From positions 1 through 64,000 of IMG/VR virus record IMGVR_UViG_3300020577_013187: a stretch of 64,000 bases of DNA; one strand, written 5' to 3'. This document shows, piece by piece, positions 8,229-18,774 of this stretch (positions within the stretch are counted from its first letter, which is position 1; each line of letters begins with the position of its first letter). The stretch comes from a virus. Its lineage: Duplodnaviria; Caudoviricetes. The translations under genes and the position numbers were made by a program. The notes beneath the pieces were generated by a model. That model made no database searches. It was not told the origin of the DNA and was given only the letters and a program-made list of their open reading frames with translations.

Positions 8229-11200
8229 TTACCCAAAAATAATATCATTAAGAGCAATTCTAGCAATTTCATTATCAGCAATAGCTATATTTGCACTAGG
8301 AGATAAAAATTGAACATCAACTACTCCATCAACTTCCATAATTAGATCGACTATTTCATTTAATATCACATCTTCACCAACACCCAAGCTATTAATGTAA
8401 TCGCTAGTAAGGTCTGAAGCTTTATCTTGAATAAAAAGCCTATTATTCTCTTCTTGTAGAATCAATTTCATTTTTAATATCAAAGTTTTTACAATAGGAG
8501 GCAAAACTTCAATTTGAACACCAGCTGCCTTTAGACCTGGATAATTTTCAAAATCACTATCAAGTCCATCTACTGTCCATTGAACTTTCTGAAGAAGTCC
8601 GGTATAGTATTCATAGCCATCTCTTCCTTCAGCTTGCGCAGTAGAAAATTGCAACTCTAGATTAGCCAAACCATCAGTTACTTGAATTGATCCATCTGTG
8701 CCAGTCATTTTTGACGACATCTGAACTAAGGTTCCTGAATTAGATAAAGCAATATCAGCCTTAGTTGTTAAAGAACTAACAACATCGCTATTAAGATAAG
8801 TAACAACATTCTTTGACGTTACTGGTATAATATAAAACTGATCTCCTGGAGAAATAGCATTTGATAAACCCGCTACTAAAACCATTTGACCAGTAGTTGC
8901 ATTATAAGTTGAAACAAAAGAAGGCGTAAAACCTACGTTTGCTCCGCTAGTCCAAATAATTTTAAAATCTTTAAGATCATTATTGTTTGTAAATTTAAGA
9001 TTGAAATTTTGACTGATTGAATCTATATTTGCTATAAAAGTAGTATAAGGAGCAACCATATCTCCAGTTGTTACAACCCCTTTTAAACCAAAAGTAACTA
9101 TAAAAGTATTATCAGTAGGATTTTTATCAACAACTACTGTTAAAGTATCTGTCTGAATAAAATTATAAGATCCAGGATCTCCTGAAACAATATAGGCAGT
9201 ATGGCTATCATAGTTTATCGATTTACTACCATTAGCAAATCCTATATTGTTAGCTGTACCAGTAAATCCTATTATTTCGATACTACCTGAATCGCCCCAA
9301 GTATTAGTTTGAATAATAACCTTATTTCCTGCTACTGAAGCTTTTCCACCAATTATTTGTTTATTAATGGCTATCACTACCTCTAAAGCTGTAGCAGCAG
9401 CAATGCTGATAAAGTCGCCAGTATTAAAAGTTAAAATTTGATTTGATCCACCATCAAGCTTAATAGTTAAAGTATCGCCATTTGTTAAGGCAAATGGTTG
9501 TGAATTAGAAGATACTAAATAAGCTCTAGAATTAAAAGTACCTACCTCATACTTATCACCTGCAATAGCTGAAGAAGCTAATTCAATCTGTCCATTAAAT
9601 CTATTCAAAGAAAAATCTTTATTGGCACCAATGACTTCAATTGTATTAAAATTTAAAATAGCATTAGCTGACCCACCTGTAATGTGAATCTTTGAAGCAG
9701 CACTATTTTTAGTATTAGATATAATAATAATTTGATTTTGATCTGGATTAACCAGTGCTGAAGCACCTGATAAATCTAGATTAATTCTAACTGCTATTTC
9801 TTCAGCAGTAGCAGCCCCAGGAATCACAAAATCAGTAATTTGAAATGTGATTGTTTGAGGATTGACTGTTTTTCCATCTACTATAACAGTCAAGGTTTCT
9901 CCACCAATCAAATTAAAAGGTTCAGCACCAACAGATTGAACAGAAGCTGTTTGACCATCTTTATTAAGTAAAGTGATAGCACTATTTCGTGTTCTATAAA
10001 GATTAATAGTGTCAATTAGCTTTAAAGAAAAATTTAATTTATTGGCTACATTGGCACTTCCACCAAGTACCGTAATATTTTCATTGGCATCAATCTTAGG
10101 ACGCAAAACAACTCTTGTTCCACCTTCTTGAGTCCTTGCTTCAACTAGATCAGACTTTTGATTGATAGCTCTTGCGACCTCGTACCCTGTAACCTGACCA
10201 GTTTGTTTAAAATCATCAGAATTAAAAAGAATAGTTTCAAAAGAATTTCCTACAGCAACACTAAGGTCATCACCATCAATAATTTTAAAAGGCCCAACAT
10301 TCTGAGAGATGACTTGACTTTTGACAACAGGAAAATTATCTAATTGTAAAAATTGTTCTCCACCTGTAGCAGAATTTAGAATAATTTCATTTCCTACCCC
10401 ATCACTAGAAGGTTCAAGGCCAGTTCCATCATCAATAAAAAGATAAGCAATATCATCTAATGTGACTGCATCTATGATATTTGATGAAACCACTCTTTTA
10501 TTATCATCAGCTGACTCAATTCCAATAACACCACTACTTATGGCTTGTTTTGTTCCTCGACTTAAAGATTGAATCCAATTTCTAATTCTAGTTCTTAATT
10601 CTTCATCAGTTTCTCGATCTGTTCCATTGACAATAGCATAGACATTGGAAACTTTAGCAGTAGAAAAAGGCAACGTATCAAATTGACTAATTGAACCAGC
10701 CGATACGTTTGAGTCAGCTCCAGCTAGAGTAGCAATAATAGGAACACCATCAATTTGGAGCTCTCCATCAAGAATAGTAGCTGCTTGAGTTGTTAAAAAA
10801 GTAATTTCATCAGAAACATCTGAAGCAGGCACTTTAACAACAGTGCCTAAAGGAATCAGCCTATCTCCACCTTGAGATAAAACTACTATCTCATCAGTTC
10901 CATGATCATTAATCAATGATGAAGTAAGATTTATTCTTGCAAAGCTGTTAAAATTAGTTATACTAGAGTAAGCTCTTGTCTCAACATTAGAAGTTCCTCG
11001 ACCAATAATAACAGTACCAGTACTAGGGAATCCTGAAGAACTGTCTACATCAACATAATTCTGACCAGCAACAGGTCCTCTAGATATATTATAAATTTTT
11101 GTCTTGACTGGTATAATTCCATTATTAAAAAAACTAACAGTACCCGTTGCTTTCTTAGAATCTAATCGAGTAAGACCAAATTCTTTTGCTCTATTGTCAA

Positions 11201-11408
11201 GATCGGTGCCTTCAGTAGTATCCAAAATATAATTTCTTATAATTTGATACATTTGAAAATATTGTTGAGCATCCTCTTGAGAGGCAGTTTCTAAGAACGT
11301 AGTTACAACAGAACCAGGATTAATGTCATTAACCCCAGTTTCTGCTAAAAACTTAGAAACCATATCAGCTAAAATTTGCTGAAAACTTTTTAATGTAAAA
11401 CCAGCCAT
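8229..11408 (-). CDS. Baseplate J-like (T4 gp6-like) protein with a large internal repeat insertion
   Basis: N-terminal KSFQQILADM...DINPGSV, LDNRAKEFGLTR, GTDRETDEELRTRI; C-terminal LGVGEDVILNEI...VDGVVDV. Confidence 0.9.
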   Translation of the reverse strand: MAGFTLKSFQQILADMVSKFLAETGVNDINPGSVVTTFLETASQEDAQQYFQMYQIIRNYILDTTEGTDLDNRAKEFGLTRLDSKKATGTVSFFNNGIIPVKTKIYNISRGPVAGQNYVDVDSSSGFPSTGTVIIGRGTSNVETRAYSSITNFNSFARINLTSSLINDHGTDEIVVLSQGGDRLIPLGTVVKVPASDVSDEITFLTTQAATILDGELQIDGVPIIATLAGADSNVSAGSISQFDTLPFSTAKVSNVYAIVNGTDRETDEELRTRIRNWIQSLSRGTKQAISSGVIGIESADDNKRVVSSNIIDAVTLDDIAYLFIDDGTGLEPSSDGVGNEIILNSATGGEQFLQLDNFPVVKSQVISQNVGPFKIIDGDDLSVAVGNSFETILFNSDDFKQTGQVTGYEVARAINQKSDLVEARTQEGGTRVVLRPKIDANENITVLGGSANVANKLNFSLKLIDTINLYRTRNSAITLLNKDGQTASVQSVGAEPFNLIGGETLTVIVDGKTVNPQTITFQITDFVIPGAATAEEIAVRINLDLSGASALVNPDQNQIIIISNTKNSAASKIHITGGSANAILNFNTIEVIGANKDFSLNRFNGQIELASSAIAGDKYEVGTFNSRAYLVSSNSQPFALTNGDTLTIKLDGGSNQILTFNTGDFISIAAATALEVVIAINKQIIGGKASVAGNKVIIQTNTWGDSGSIEIIGFTGTANNIGFANGSKSINYDSHTAYIVSGDPGSYNFIQTDTLTVVVDKNPTDNTFIVTFGLKGVVTTGDMVAPYTTFIANIDSISQNFNLKFTNNNDLKDFKIIWTSGANVGFTPSFVSTYNATTGQMVLVAGLSNAISPGDQFYIIPVTSKNVVTYLNSDVVSSLTTKADIALSNSGTLVQMSSKMTGTDGSIQVTDGLANLELQFSTAQAEGRDGYEYYTGLLQKVQWTVDGLDSDFENYPGLKAAGVQIEVLPPIVKTLILKMKLILQEENNRLFIQDKASDLTSDYINSLGVGEDVILNEIVDLIMEVDGVVDVQFLSPSANIAIADNEIARIALNDIIFG

Positions 11409-11411
11409 ATT

Positions 11412-13454
11412 TTAAACTCGAATCGTTAAAGGTACAGGAATTAATAAATGTTTAATAATCAAATTCAAATCAATATAGATAGCACTGCCCTCTACTTTAA
11501 AGGAAAGATCTTTTATACCAGAAAATCTTGCATCTGCTAAAATAGAATTAACTAGGTCATCTCTTATATCCAAACCATCTCTTAGCTTATTTCCAATATT
11601 TAATCCTACACCAATTTGAGGATGATATTTTAAAGAACCTTTTTCATATGCAATCTTTAAGATAACAGCTTGACCAGCATTATCGCCACCTGCTATTAAT
11701 TTAAAATCATTTGTGTTGGTAATAATAAAGTCAAAATCTTTTGTGACTTTTATGTCAACACCTAGATTTCTTTCAATTTCAGTAAAATTATTAGTTATAG
11801 CTAATTCCCTAGTAAAAGGAATATTGCTTAATTCAGGAGTATTCTCCCTTGGAATTAAGATTTTGTCACCATTTCTTTTTACATCTGTCAAGCTAAGATC
11901 ATCAGAAATATAAGGAGCCTTTAAATGATTTAAGACAGCAATATCAATCCATCGCTGGGCGTCCCCTAAATATTCAGCTGCTAATGATTCTAAAGTCTGG
12001 CCATTTTGTAACAAAACTTCATCAACTGATTGAGGAAATGGAATTAAGCTAGAATCATTATATTTTGTTTGAACATCATTGACATAATCATTTAAGGTTT
12101 CACCAAATAGCTCATTAGCTGATAATATATATTGACAAGCTCTATGGGCTAACTCTAGCCCCATAAAAGCATCTAGCTCATCAGGTCGAGCTGTTCTATT
12201 TGTTCTATTGGGGCTAAATTCAGGTGTGCGACCTACAAAAATATCATAATCTGAATCTCCACCACCAGTTTTATCTGCTAAATTATCTCGACACTCTTTT
12301 AAATTAATTACTAAATCACCATAAAAACTCTTTGGCTTTAAAACAGAATCTCTAATAGCTATATTAAATAGAATTTTTTCATCATTAGTCAATTGACTTA
12401 CAGTCAAAGCTTCTTTTGCTTCTGTTGTAAGAATACTAAACGCTTTATACTTATTGGTTTGAGATTCTTTAAGAGTGTCAACAGGAAATTTTATTTCAGC
12501 AAAGCGAACATCACCTTGTCTTTTAAGTTGTTTTCCATTATCTAAAAAAGCCTTAACTGTTCTGTCTGACAACTCAAATAAAACACTCCTGGGTAGATCT
12601 ATTAAGGTATATGTAAAACCTCTTAAAGATTTAAAAGCAAGACTAGCGGTCTCAATAGGCTCTAAAATAGTTTCAACAAAATCTCTTTTAACATTTTGAA
12701 GTAATTGAGTTGAACTTAAAATTAAAACTCTAGCTCTTTGAATATAGTCAGTTACTCTATTAATTACATTGTCAATTTTATTAAATAATTCACCCAATAA
12801 ACCACCTGCAGGAGCAGGCTTCTTCATTCCTAAAACTCTTAAAGCAATCTTATAATTATAAAGAAAGGGTCCTGAAGAACTTCTATCCATTGAAAATCTT
12901 ACAGGTTCAACTATAAGATATTCGTTGTCTTTTCTATTAATAAAGTAAAGTTGAGTATTTCTTTGATTGGGATCTTTTTTTATTTCAGCATAAGATCTAA
13001 GATAATTCCTCAATTGCTGAAAATATTCATACCCTGAGACACTATTATTAGGTCTCATACCAGTTGTACCACTGATATTTAAATCTTTAAAAATTACACC
13101 ATTATGTTCTGCTATTACACCTCTTTGAGTAGGGGTAACAACAATTGAAAAAATTTCATCTTGAGTTATATTTGAAGGATTAATAGGGAGTTGAAATTCA
13201 TCAAATAAACCACCACCTGAAGGAGTGCCAACAAGTTTAAAAATACCACTTAAAGGACTATTTGATCCAAATAAAGGAGAAGAAACGCCTACTACCTTAA
13301 AACTGTAGGGAAGATTGAGCTTCCAGTTTCCAGGAATAATTCTATTGGTTACATTTTCAAATTGAGTGTAAGGGCCAGTTCTCCCCTGGCCCAAGACTCC
13401 CTCGAAAGTACCAACTACATCACTTATTGCTGATATTATTTTTCCTAATCCCAT
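11412..13454 (-). CDS. Baseplate protein: tube-initiator-like N-terminus, LysM-like domain, gp25-like C-terminus
   Basis: LPINPSNITQ...ISGTTG; QNGQTLESLAAEYLGDAQRWIDIAVLN (LysM-like); DFKLIAGGDNAGQAV...GSLKYHPQIG...DARF (gp25/XkdS-like). Confidence 0.75.
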   Translation of the reverse strand: MGLGKIISAISDVVGTFEGVLGQGRTGPYTQFENVTNRIIPGNWKLNLPYSFKVVGVSSPLFGSNSPLSGIFKLVGTPSGGGLFDEFQLPINPSNITQDEIFSIVVTPTQRGVIAEHNGVIFKDLNISGTTGMRPNNSVSGYEYFQQLRNYLRSYAEIKKDPNQRNTQLYFINRKDNEYLIVEPVRFSMDRSSSGPFLYNYKIALRVLGMKKPAPAGGLLGELFNKIDNVINRVTDYIQRARVLILSSTQLLQNVKRDFVETILEPIETASLAFKSLRGFTYTLIDLPRSVLFELSDRTVKAFLDNGKQLKRQGDVRFAEIKFPVDTLKESQTNKYKAFSILTTEAKEALTVSQLTNDEKILFNIAIRDSVLKPKSFYGDLVINLKECRDNLADKTGGGDSDYDIFVGRTPEFSPNRTNRTARPDELDAFMGLELAHRACQYILSANELFGETLNDYVNDVQTKYNDSSLIPFPQSVDEVLLQNGQTLESLAAEYLGDAQRWIDIAVLNHLKAPYISDDLSLTDVKRNGDKILIPRENTPELSNIPFTRELAITNNFTEIERNLGVDIKVTKDFDFIITNTNDFKLIAGGDNAGQAVILKIAYEKGSLKYHPQIGVGLNIGNKLRDGLDIRDDLVNSILADARFSGIKDLSFKVEGSAIYIDLNLIIKHLLIPVPLTIRV

Positions 13455-13455
13455 A

Positions 13456-14346
13456 TTAAGCAGCTGTCACAACACTAGTCAAAGAACTAAAAGTTTGACT
13501 AGGTGGTGTATTATCACTAGAATGAGTATGACTGTTTAAATAATTGACTAAATCATTACCTAAAGGTAAGGGCTGACCCCCACTACCCAAAGATACACTT
13601 GGCCCAGTGACGGAAACACCACTACCACCTGAAACAGTAGTAGCAGCAGCAGAACTTATAGTTGTTGGTCCACTTGCATTAATAGCCATAGTTCCAGTAC
13701 TATTAATTGTTGAATTTCCATCTGTACTAATAGAAGTATTGCCTTTTGTATTGATAGTTGTGTCTTTCGTTGCATTAATTGTTAAATTCCCAGTTGGGCC
13801 ATCAAATTCAATTTTATTGTCTTTAAAAATTAAAGTTAACTTTCCAGTTTTATCAATATTCCAAGCTAACCCTTGAAACTGACCCTTTAGTCTAGTTCCA
13901 TCATCTTCAGTTGCACCATATTCTTGATTATTAGGCTGAGGCCAAGCTCCTGTAATTATTGGAAAATTATAGTTACCATTCAAAAACTGAACCATGATAT
14001 GGCTACTATCAGTATCTTCTGGAGGAGTTCTATCTCCTAAATCTTTTCCTTTTAAAACTTGAGTTTTAGGTTGATAGACAACTTCATTAAAATTTTTATC
14101 TCCACCAAAACCACACATAGGAGTAATATTAGTTATAATCTCACCCTTTCTTACCCCTGAAGTTACAATAGCATCATATTCAACCCATCTTTTACTTCTA
14201 TTCTTGGGATCTCCTTTAGGATAAGATCTTAAAATAGCAGCTTTAAAAATACCATGATTCTTATACTTACTTGATGGCGTCGGCCTTTGATTCAATCTAG
14301 TATTTGAATTAAAAACATGGCCGTCTTTATAAGTTAGAGAGGACAT
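13456..14346 (-). CDS. Tail spike / baseplate assembly protein V (gp5/VgrG-like)
   Basis: OB-fold-like N-terminus, Thr/Ser/Gly beta-helix repeats, C-terminal SHTHS metal-binding tip. Confidence 0.85.
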   Translation of the reverse strand: MSSLTYKDGHVFNSNTRLNQRPTPSSKYKNHGIFKAAILRSYPKGDPKNRSKRWVEYDAIVTSGVRKGEIITNITPMCGFGGDKNFNEVVYQPKTQVLKGKDLGDRTPPEDTDSSHIMVQFLNGNYNFPIITGAWPQPNNQEYGATEDDGTRLKGQFQGLAWNIDKTGKLTLIFKDNKIEFDGPTGNLTINATKDTTINTKGNTSISTDGNSTINSTGTMAINASGPTTISSAAATTVSGGSGVSVTGPSVSLGSGGQPLPLGNDLVNYLNSHTHSSDNTPPSQTFSSLTSVVTAA

Positions 14347-15838
14347 TTCTTAATCCTTTCGCTCCCTGAGCAAGCTTATCTAGCCCTAAATTCGAACTTG
14401 TTGAGTCAAAATTTTTATCGTTTGGTCTTATATAAGAAGTAATTGGCAAACCATTTTTTTCAGTAACTTGAGTGGTAGCTGTAGAATCTACAAATTCACC
14501 TTCTTTAGTCAAACCATGAGTTACACTTAAAGTCACAACAATAGAGCTACCAAATGACCAGTCATATTGTACACCTTCTACCATAAAAATTTTATTTAAT
14601 TCTGGGACTAGATAAAAATTTCCTATTTCAAAATCATATTTTCCTCGTAATTCAATAGTCCCATTCTCCAATCTATAATAATTAAACCAATATTCAGCAA
14701 GCTCATCAACCCAAGTATATAAAATTTCACCCAATGTATTCGATTGATCGAATGCAAACTCAGTATTTCTTTCAAATCTTCTTAGTCCAAATCTTTTTAT
14801 AAGCTCTCTATTTACTCTAGGAAAATCTGCCGAACCCTTTCCTGCTAAAGCAAAAACTTTATCTTCAATTAAATCATTTGTAGGCCATAGAGCTATAAAA
14901 TTAAAAACCTCATGATCACTCGTACCTAAATTGAGATTGACCACCTTATCTAAAGATACTTGATACTTTGGATTATTTATTGTTTCATTTGCTCTTTCTA
15001 ATAATTTTTCTTTTCTTAATGGTTGCTTTCTTAATATTAGAGTTGGCTTGCCATCTCTTAAATCAAGATAAAGTTCGTTAACAACAGCATTGCATCCTTG
15101 TTGAAGAGTATTCCAAAGGCTACCACTCATAACTCTTGAGATATCTCTAGTAAAAGAATAACCTTCTTTTACATCATCATTTAATTTTTGTACCAATATG
15201 TCATAAAAGGAAACAGCCACCTGCTTTTCTCGATCTTCACCTTGTAAATCTTTATAAAGATCATAGGGGACAAAAAGACTATAAAGAAGATCTTCTAACC
15301 CTTGTTTTTTAGCATCCCCTAAAAATAAATTTAAATAACCTACAATAAAATCATAAGGAGTACCTTGAATTGCATAGCCTGCAGTCAAATGATAAAGTTG
15401 TTGAACTGACTGATCAGCATAAGGGTTATAATACATTTCTGTTTGATTAAGAACTTTTCCTATTCCACCCCCACTTACAACATATGTTCGAGTAACTGAA
15501 CCATCTTCATTTGTAGAAGTATTTAAGGCAACTCGATCAATATTTCCTATACAACGCAAACCAGTTCTATCTTTTAGGTTAATATTTTTTTCATCATCAA
15601 GATAAATCATTACCCAGTCACCTGGCTTAATTACATCAGGATAATTCATTTTAGGTTTTAAAACCATTTGAAATGTTTCAAATGGTGAACCTTTTTCTCT
15701 TCCTATGGCACATTGAATTATAGCATCATCTTCAATAAAAGATGCTGTTTTTGAACTACCTGTAAAACTAGATCTTTCTTCGTAATTATAAAATTTAGCA
15801 ACACACCGGTTTCTTGTATTTATTATTTTATCTGCCAT
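14327..15838 (-). CDS. Baseplate hub (gp27/gpD-like)
   Basis: Position between tape measure and spike; PGDWVMIY, GxIDRV, ENGTIELRG...EIGN motifs. Confidence 0.75.
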   Translation of the reverse strand: MADKIINTRNRCVAKFYNYEERSSFTGSSKTASFIEDDAIIQCAIGREKGSPFETFQMVLKPKMNYPDVIKPGDWVMIYLDDEKNINLKDRTGLRCIGNIDRVALNTSTNEDGSVTRTYVVSGGGIGKVLNQTEMYYNPYADQSVQQLYHLTAGYAIQGTPYDFIVGYLNLFLGDAKKQGLEDLLYSLFVPYDLYKDLQGEDREKQVAVSFYDILVQKLNDDVKEGYSFTRDISRVMSGSLWNTLQQGCNAVVNELYLDLRDGKPTLILRKQPLRKEKLLERANETINNPKYQVSLDKVVNLNLGTSDHEVFNFIALWPTNDLIEDKVFALAGKGSADFPRVNRELIKRFGLRRFERNTEFAFDQSNTLGEILYTWVDELAEYWFNYYRLENGTIELRGKYDFEIGNFYLVPELNKIFMVEGVQYDWSFGSSIVVTLSVTHGLTKEGEFVDSTATTQVTEKNGLPITSYIRPNDKNFDSTSSNLGLDKLAQGAKGLRNVLSNL

Positions 15839-15839
15839 A

Positions 15840-18398
15840 TTAAACTACCGTCTCAGAATGATTTAAAGCATATTGATTAATCTGAGAAATTTGACTACTA
15901 ATTACAGGTTTTTTCTTTTGTTTTTCTTGCATCATTTTTAATGTTTTGTTAAGCTCTTTTATATCAGCACCTGACATATTCATATTGTATTTATCTGAAT
16001 CGTTGTTTTCAACCTTAGATTGCTCTTTTATCTTTTGATCTTTAAACATTTCATAAGCATTTTGTAAACTTTCAACAACAGTCGTCTGCTCCTTATTGCT
16101 CTTACTTTGAATATTTGCAAATTGATTAGCTTTATTGACAATATTTCTATCATGCCAACCAACGTCTTTAGGGTCAATATATCCTTTAATTGCTTCAGAA
16201 AAATTTCCATGACGTCTTTTTAATAAATCTTTTACATATCTTGCAGCAGCATCCGATGACTTAACAGGATCTAATCTGTCAGCCTCATCCTTTAGGCCAT
16301 ACATCTTACCAGTTCCTGTAGTAAATTGAAATAAACCTTGTCCACCTGGTAAATTAACATTTTTATTCCAAGCTTTTGCACCAGCTTTCCAAGAAGATTC
16401 TTGAGTTATAATACCTCTTAAATAGTTAGGATCGATTCCATGTCTTAAAGCAGCATCAACAACAATAGGGTCATATTTTCTAAAATTCTCTATACTCTGT
16501 TTATTAAAATTTAATTTTTTTAAATCTTCATCTGATATTGGTTTAAAATTTTTATTATATGTTGCAGTAGACGGTAAATTACTAAAATCAGTATTAGAAT
16601 AACTACCAGAGCGCCCCCCCATAGTTTTACCAGCATTATATTTTGTAGGTTGAGTTCCTTTATCTAAATCATTAATAGCTCTAGAAGCAGGATCATTCCC
16701 ACCCATATAGCTAGGCATTCCACCCCCATTACCACTACTGCCCATCTGAGCTTTTTTCATTGCCTCAGCAACATCATTGCTCACAGTACCAAAAACATCA
16801 TTTAATATACCTTTACCACTGCCAAGTCCAAGAAAATCTAAAATCTTATTTAATCCAGCTACAAGACCATCAGCGATTTCTAGCTTAATATCTTGCAATA
16901 AAGAATTCATTTTTAAAAGCGTATTGTCACTGCTTTGAAGATAATCTAAGCTTGTCTTTTGTTGTTCTTGAACAACTTTTGCTTGCTCTTGTAAAAATTT
17001 TTGCCTATCAGCTTCTGTCTTTGTTAAAAAACCTTTAAACAAAGCCATAGAAGTATCATCAGATATATTTCCACCTGATTTTTTAACAAGATTAGTAAAA
17101 GCCATTGTAACTTGCTTTAACTGATCACCAGAAAGTTGGTCTAAACCACCACCAGCTTTTATTTTAGAATGTGTAGCTTGATCTAAAAAATTAGAAAGAT
17201 ATTGTTCAACTCTTTGAGGAGCATCTTGACTATTAAATAATCCTTGTCTTGATTGATATAAAAGATCTGTGGTACTTCTCCCCTGACCTTTATATAATTG
17301 AGCTAAAGATTGAACTGCTAAACCTGTTCCAGTACCTCCACCAGTAAATAAGCTATCTAGGCCACCAATTGCACCCATGGTTCTACCACTATTTTGCTGA
17401 AAATAGGAAGAACCTGACATAGTTCTCATAACTAGATCAGAAATAACTTTAGGATCAACATTGCGTGTTTGAGCTAATGTTTCTGTTTTATCTGCTATTG
17501 ACTGTAGAATTTCAATACTTCTAGATTGATCAAATCCAGCAGCAACAGCACCAGCTAAAGTATCTTTGATTAATTTAAAAGATTCTTTATTTGAGCTACC
17601 TGATTGTCGAAAACTACCTGCAGCACCAAAGAGTTGACTAGGATCTTGTCCGGTCGTCCTACTTAAAAGTTGAAAAGAATTCAAACGATCTGTACTTCCT
17701 GTAGCCCGTAGTAATTCTTCAGCATGACCTCTTGATTCATCTTTAGAAAAACCAAATTGAGATCCAGTAGCTTCAACTTCATCTAATCTCTTTTGACTTA
17801 GTCCCAAACCTCTTAAACGAATTCTACCCGAAGCAGCTTCAATAGCAGGGGCTATTAAACTAGACATTACTCGAATAGCAACACCAGTTGCCAACAACCC
17901 AGCTGTTGCTACAGTAGCTACTTTACCAAAACTACTATTTAAAAATCCACCGCCTGAATCACCACCCGAAACACTATTATTTTTGTTCTGATCTTTTACA
18001 ACCTTACTTAAATCATTTAGTCTTCTTTTTTCTTGATTATAATCTTTGACAGCAGCTTCAAGTTGACTCTTTCTAGCTTGTATATCAGTATCGCTAATTG
18101 AACTGCCAACGCCACCTTTATTGCTAGCAGTTAATCTTCTACCACTATTTATTTCTGCATTTAATTTTTTAACAAGATCAGCTTGATTTTTTAAAACATC
18201 TTGTTGAAACTTAATCTCTTTAGATAATTTTTGAGCTTCTTGAGTAGTCTTTTGAAACTCTTGAGACGCACCTTTGCCACCAACCTTAAGAGTATCTTTT
18301 GTAAGATCATTAAAGGCAGACTTCAATTGCTTGAAGCCAGACATGGCACTGCCAACATCACTAGATATTCTAATTTGGTGATCTGCCATTATTCCCAC
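15840..18398 (-). CDS. Tape measure protein with C-terminal lytic transglycosylase (SLT) domain
   Basis: Helical Ala/Gly-rich N-terminus; AALRHGIDPNYLRGIITQESSW...GLFQF...DPVKSSDAAARY. Confidence 0.9.
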   Translation of the reverse strand: MGIMADHQIRISSDVGSAMSGFKQLKSAFNDLTKDTLKVGGKGASQEFQKTTQEAQKLSKEIKFQQDVLKNQADLVKKLNAEINSGRRLTASNKGGVGSSISDTDIQARKSQLEAAVKDYNQEKRRLNDLSKVVKDQNKNNSVSGGDSGGGFLNSSFGKVATVATAGLLATGVAIRVMSSLIAPAIEAASGRIRLRGLGLSQKRLDEVEATGSQFGFSKDESRGHAEELLRATGSTDRLNSFQLLSRTTGQDPSQLFGAAGSFRQSGSSNKESFKLIKDTLAGAVAAGFDQSRSIEILQSIADKTETLAQTRNVDPKVISDLVMRTMSGSSYFQQNSGRTMGAIGGLDSLFTGGGTGTGLAVQSLAQLYKGQGRSTTDLLYQSRQGLFNSQDAPQRVEQYLSNFLDQATHSKIKAGGGLDQLSGDQLKQVTMAFTNLVKKSGGNISDDTSMALFKGFLTKTEADRQKFLQEQAKVVQEQQKTSLDYLQSSDNTLLKMNSLLQDIKLEIADGLVAGLNKILDFLGLGSGKGILNDVFGTVSNDVAEAMKKAQMGSSGNGGGMPSYMGGNDPASRAINDLDKGTQPTKYNAGKTMGGRSGSYSNTDFSNLPSTATYNKNFKPISDEDLKKLNFNKQSIENFRKYDPIVVDAALRHGIDPNYLRGIITQESSWKAGAKAWNKNVNLPGGQGLFQFTTGTGKMYGLKDEADRLDPVKSSDAAARYVKDLLKRRHGNFSEAIKGYIDPKDVGWHDRNIVNKANQFANIQSKSNKEQTTVVESLQNAYEMFKDQKIKEQSKVENNDSDKYNMNMSGADIKELNKTLKMMQEKQKKKPVISSQISQINQYALNHSETVV

Positions 18399-18774
18399 CT
18401 AAGACTTGAAATTCATCATCAAAGACAACTTCTTTTCCACTATCTTTAGAAAATTCTTCACTAAAAGCATGTTCAGGAGTATAATCTTCTCCCATAATTT
18501 GCTTAAACCATTCTTCATCTGAAGAACTATCAATTAAGTTATTTTTTATCTCAAAGTTATTAAGTTCTTGAGGATTAGCCCTATAATAATCAGTATAGTA
18601 TTCAACAATCAATTCTTCTAGAGTTTTATCTAACAATAATGGATGATTATCTGGTAGTTTGTATTTTTCTGACCACCACTGTTTTAAAAAATCCTTAAAC
18701 TCTTCTAAATCAGATACAGAATTTCTTCTGATTCTGTATCTGGCTATAGACTTTAAATTATTATAGGAAAACAT
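18370..18774 (-). CDS. Tail assembly chaperone (second)
   Basis: Between first chaperone and tape measure; WWSEKYKLPDNHPLL; TAATG overlap with the upstream gene. Confidence 0.7.
   Translation of the reverse strand: MFSYNNLKSIARYRIRRNSVSDLEEFKDFLKQWWSEKYKLPDNHPLLLDKTLEELIVEYYTDYYRANPQELNNFEIKNNLIDSSSDEEWFKQIMGEDYTPEHAFSEEFSKDSGKEVVFDDEFQVLGGNNGRSPN

Noticed and set aside
13607-13876. Hydrophobic repeat ORF on the plus strand
   Set aside because: Antisense shadow of the spike beta-helix repeats; no RBS.
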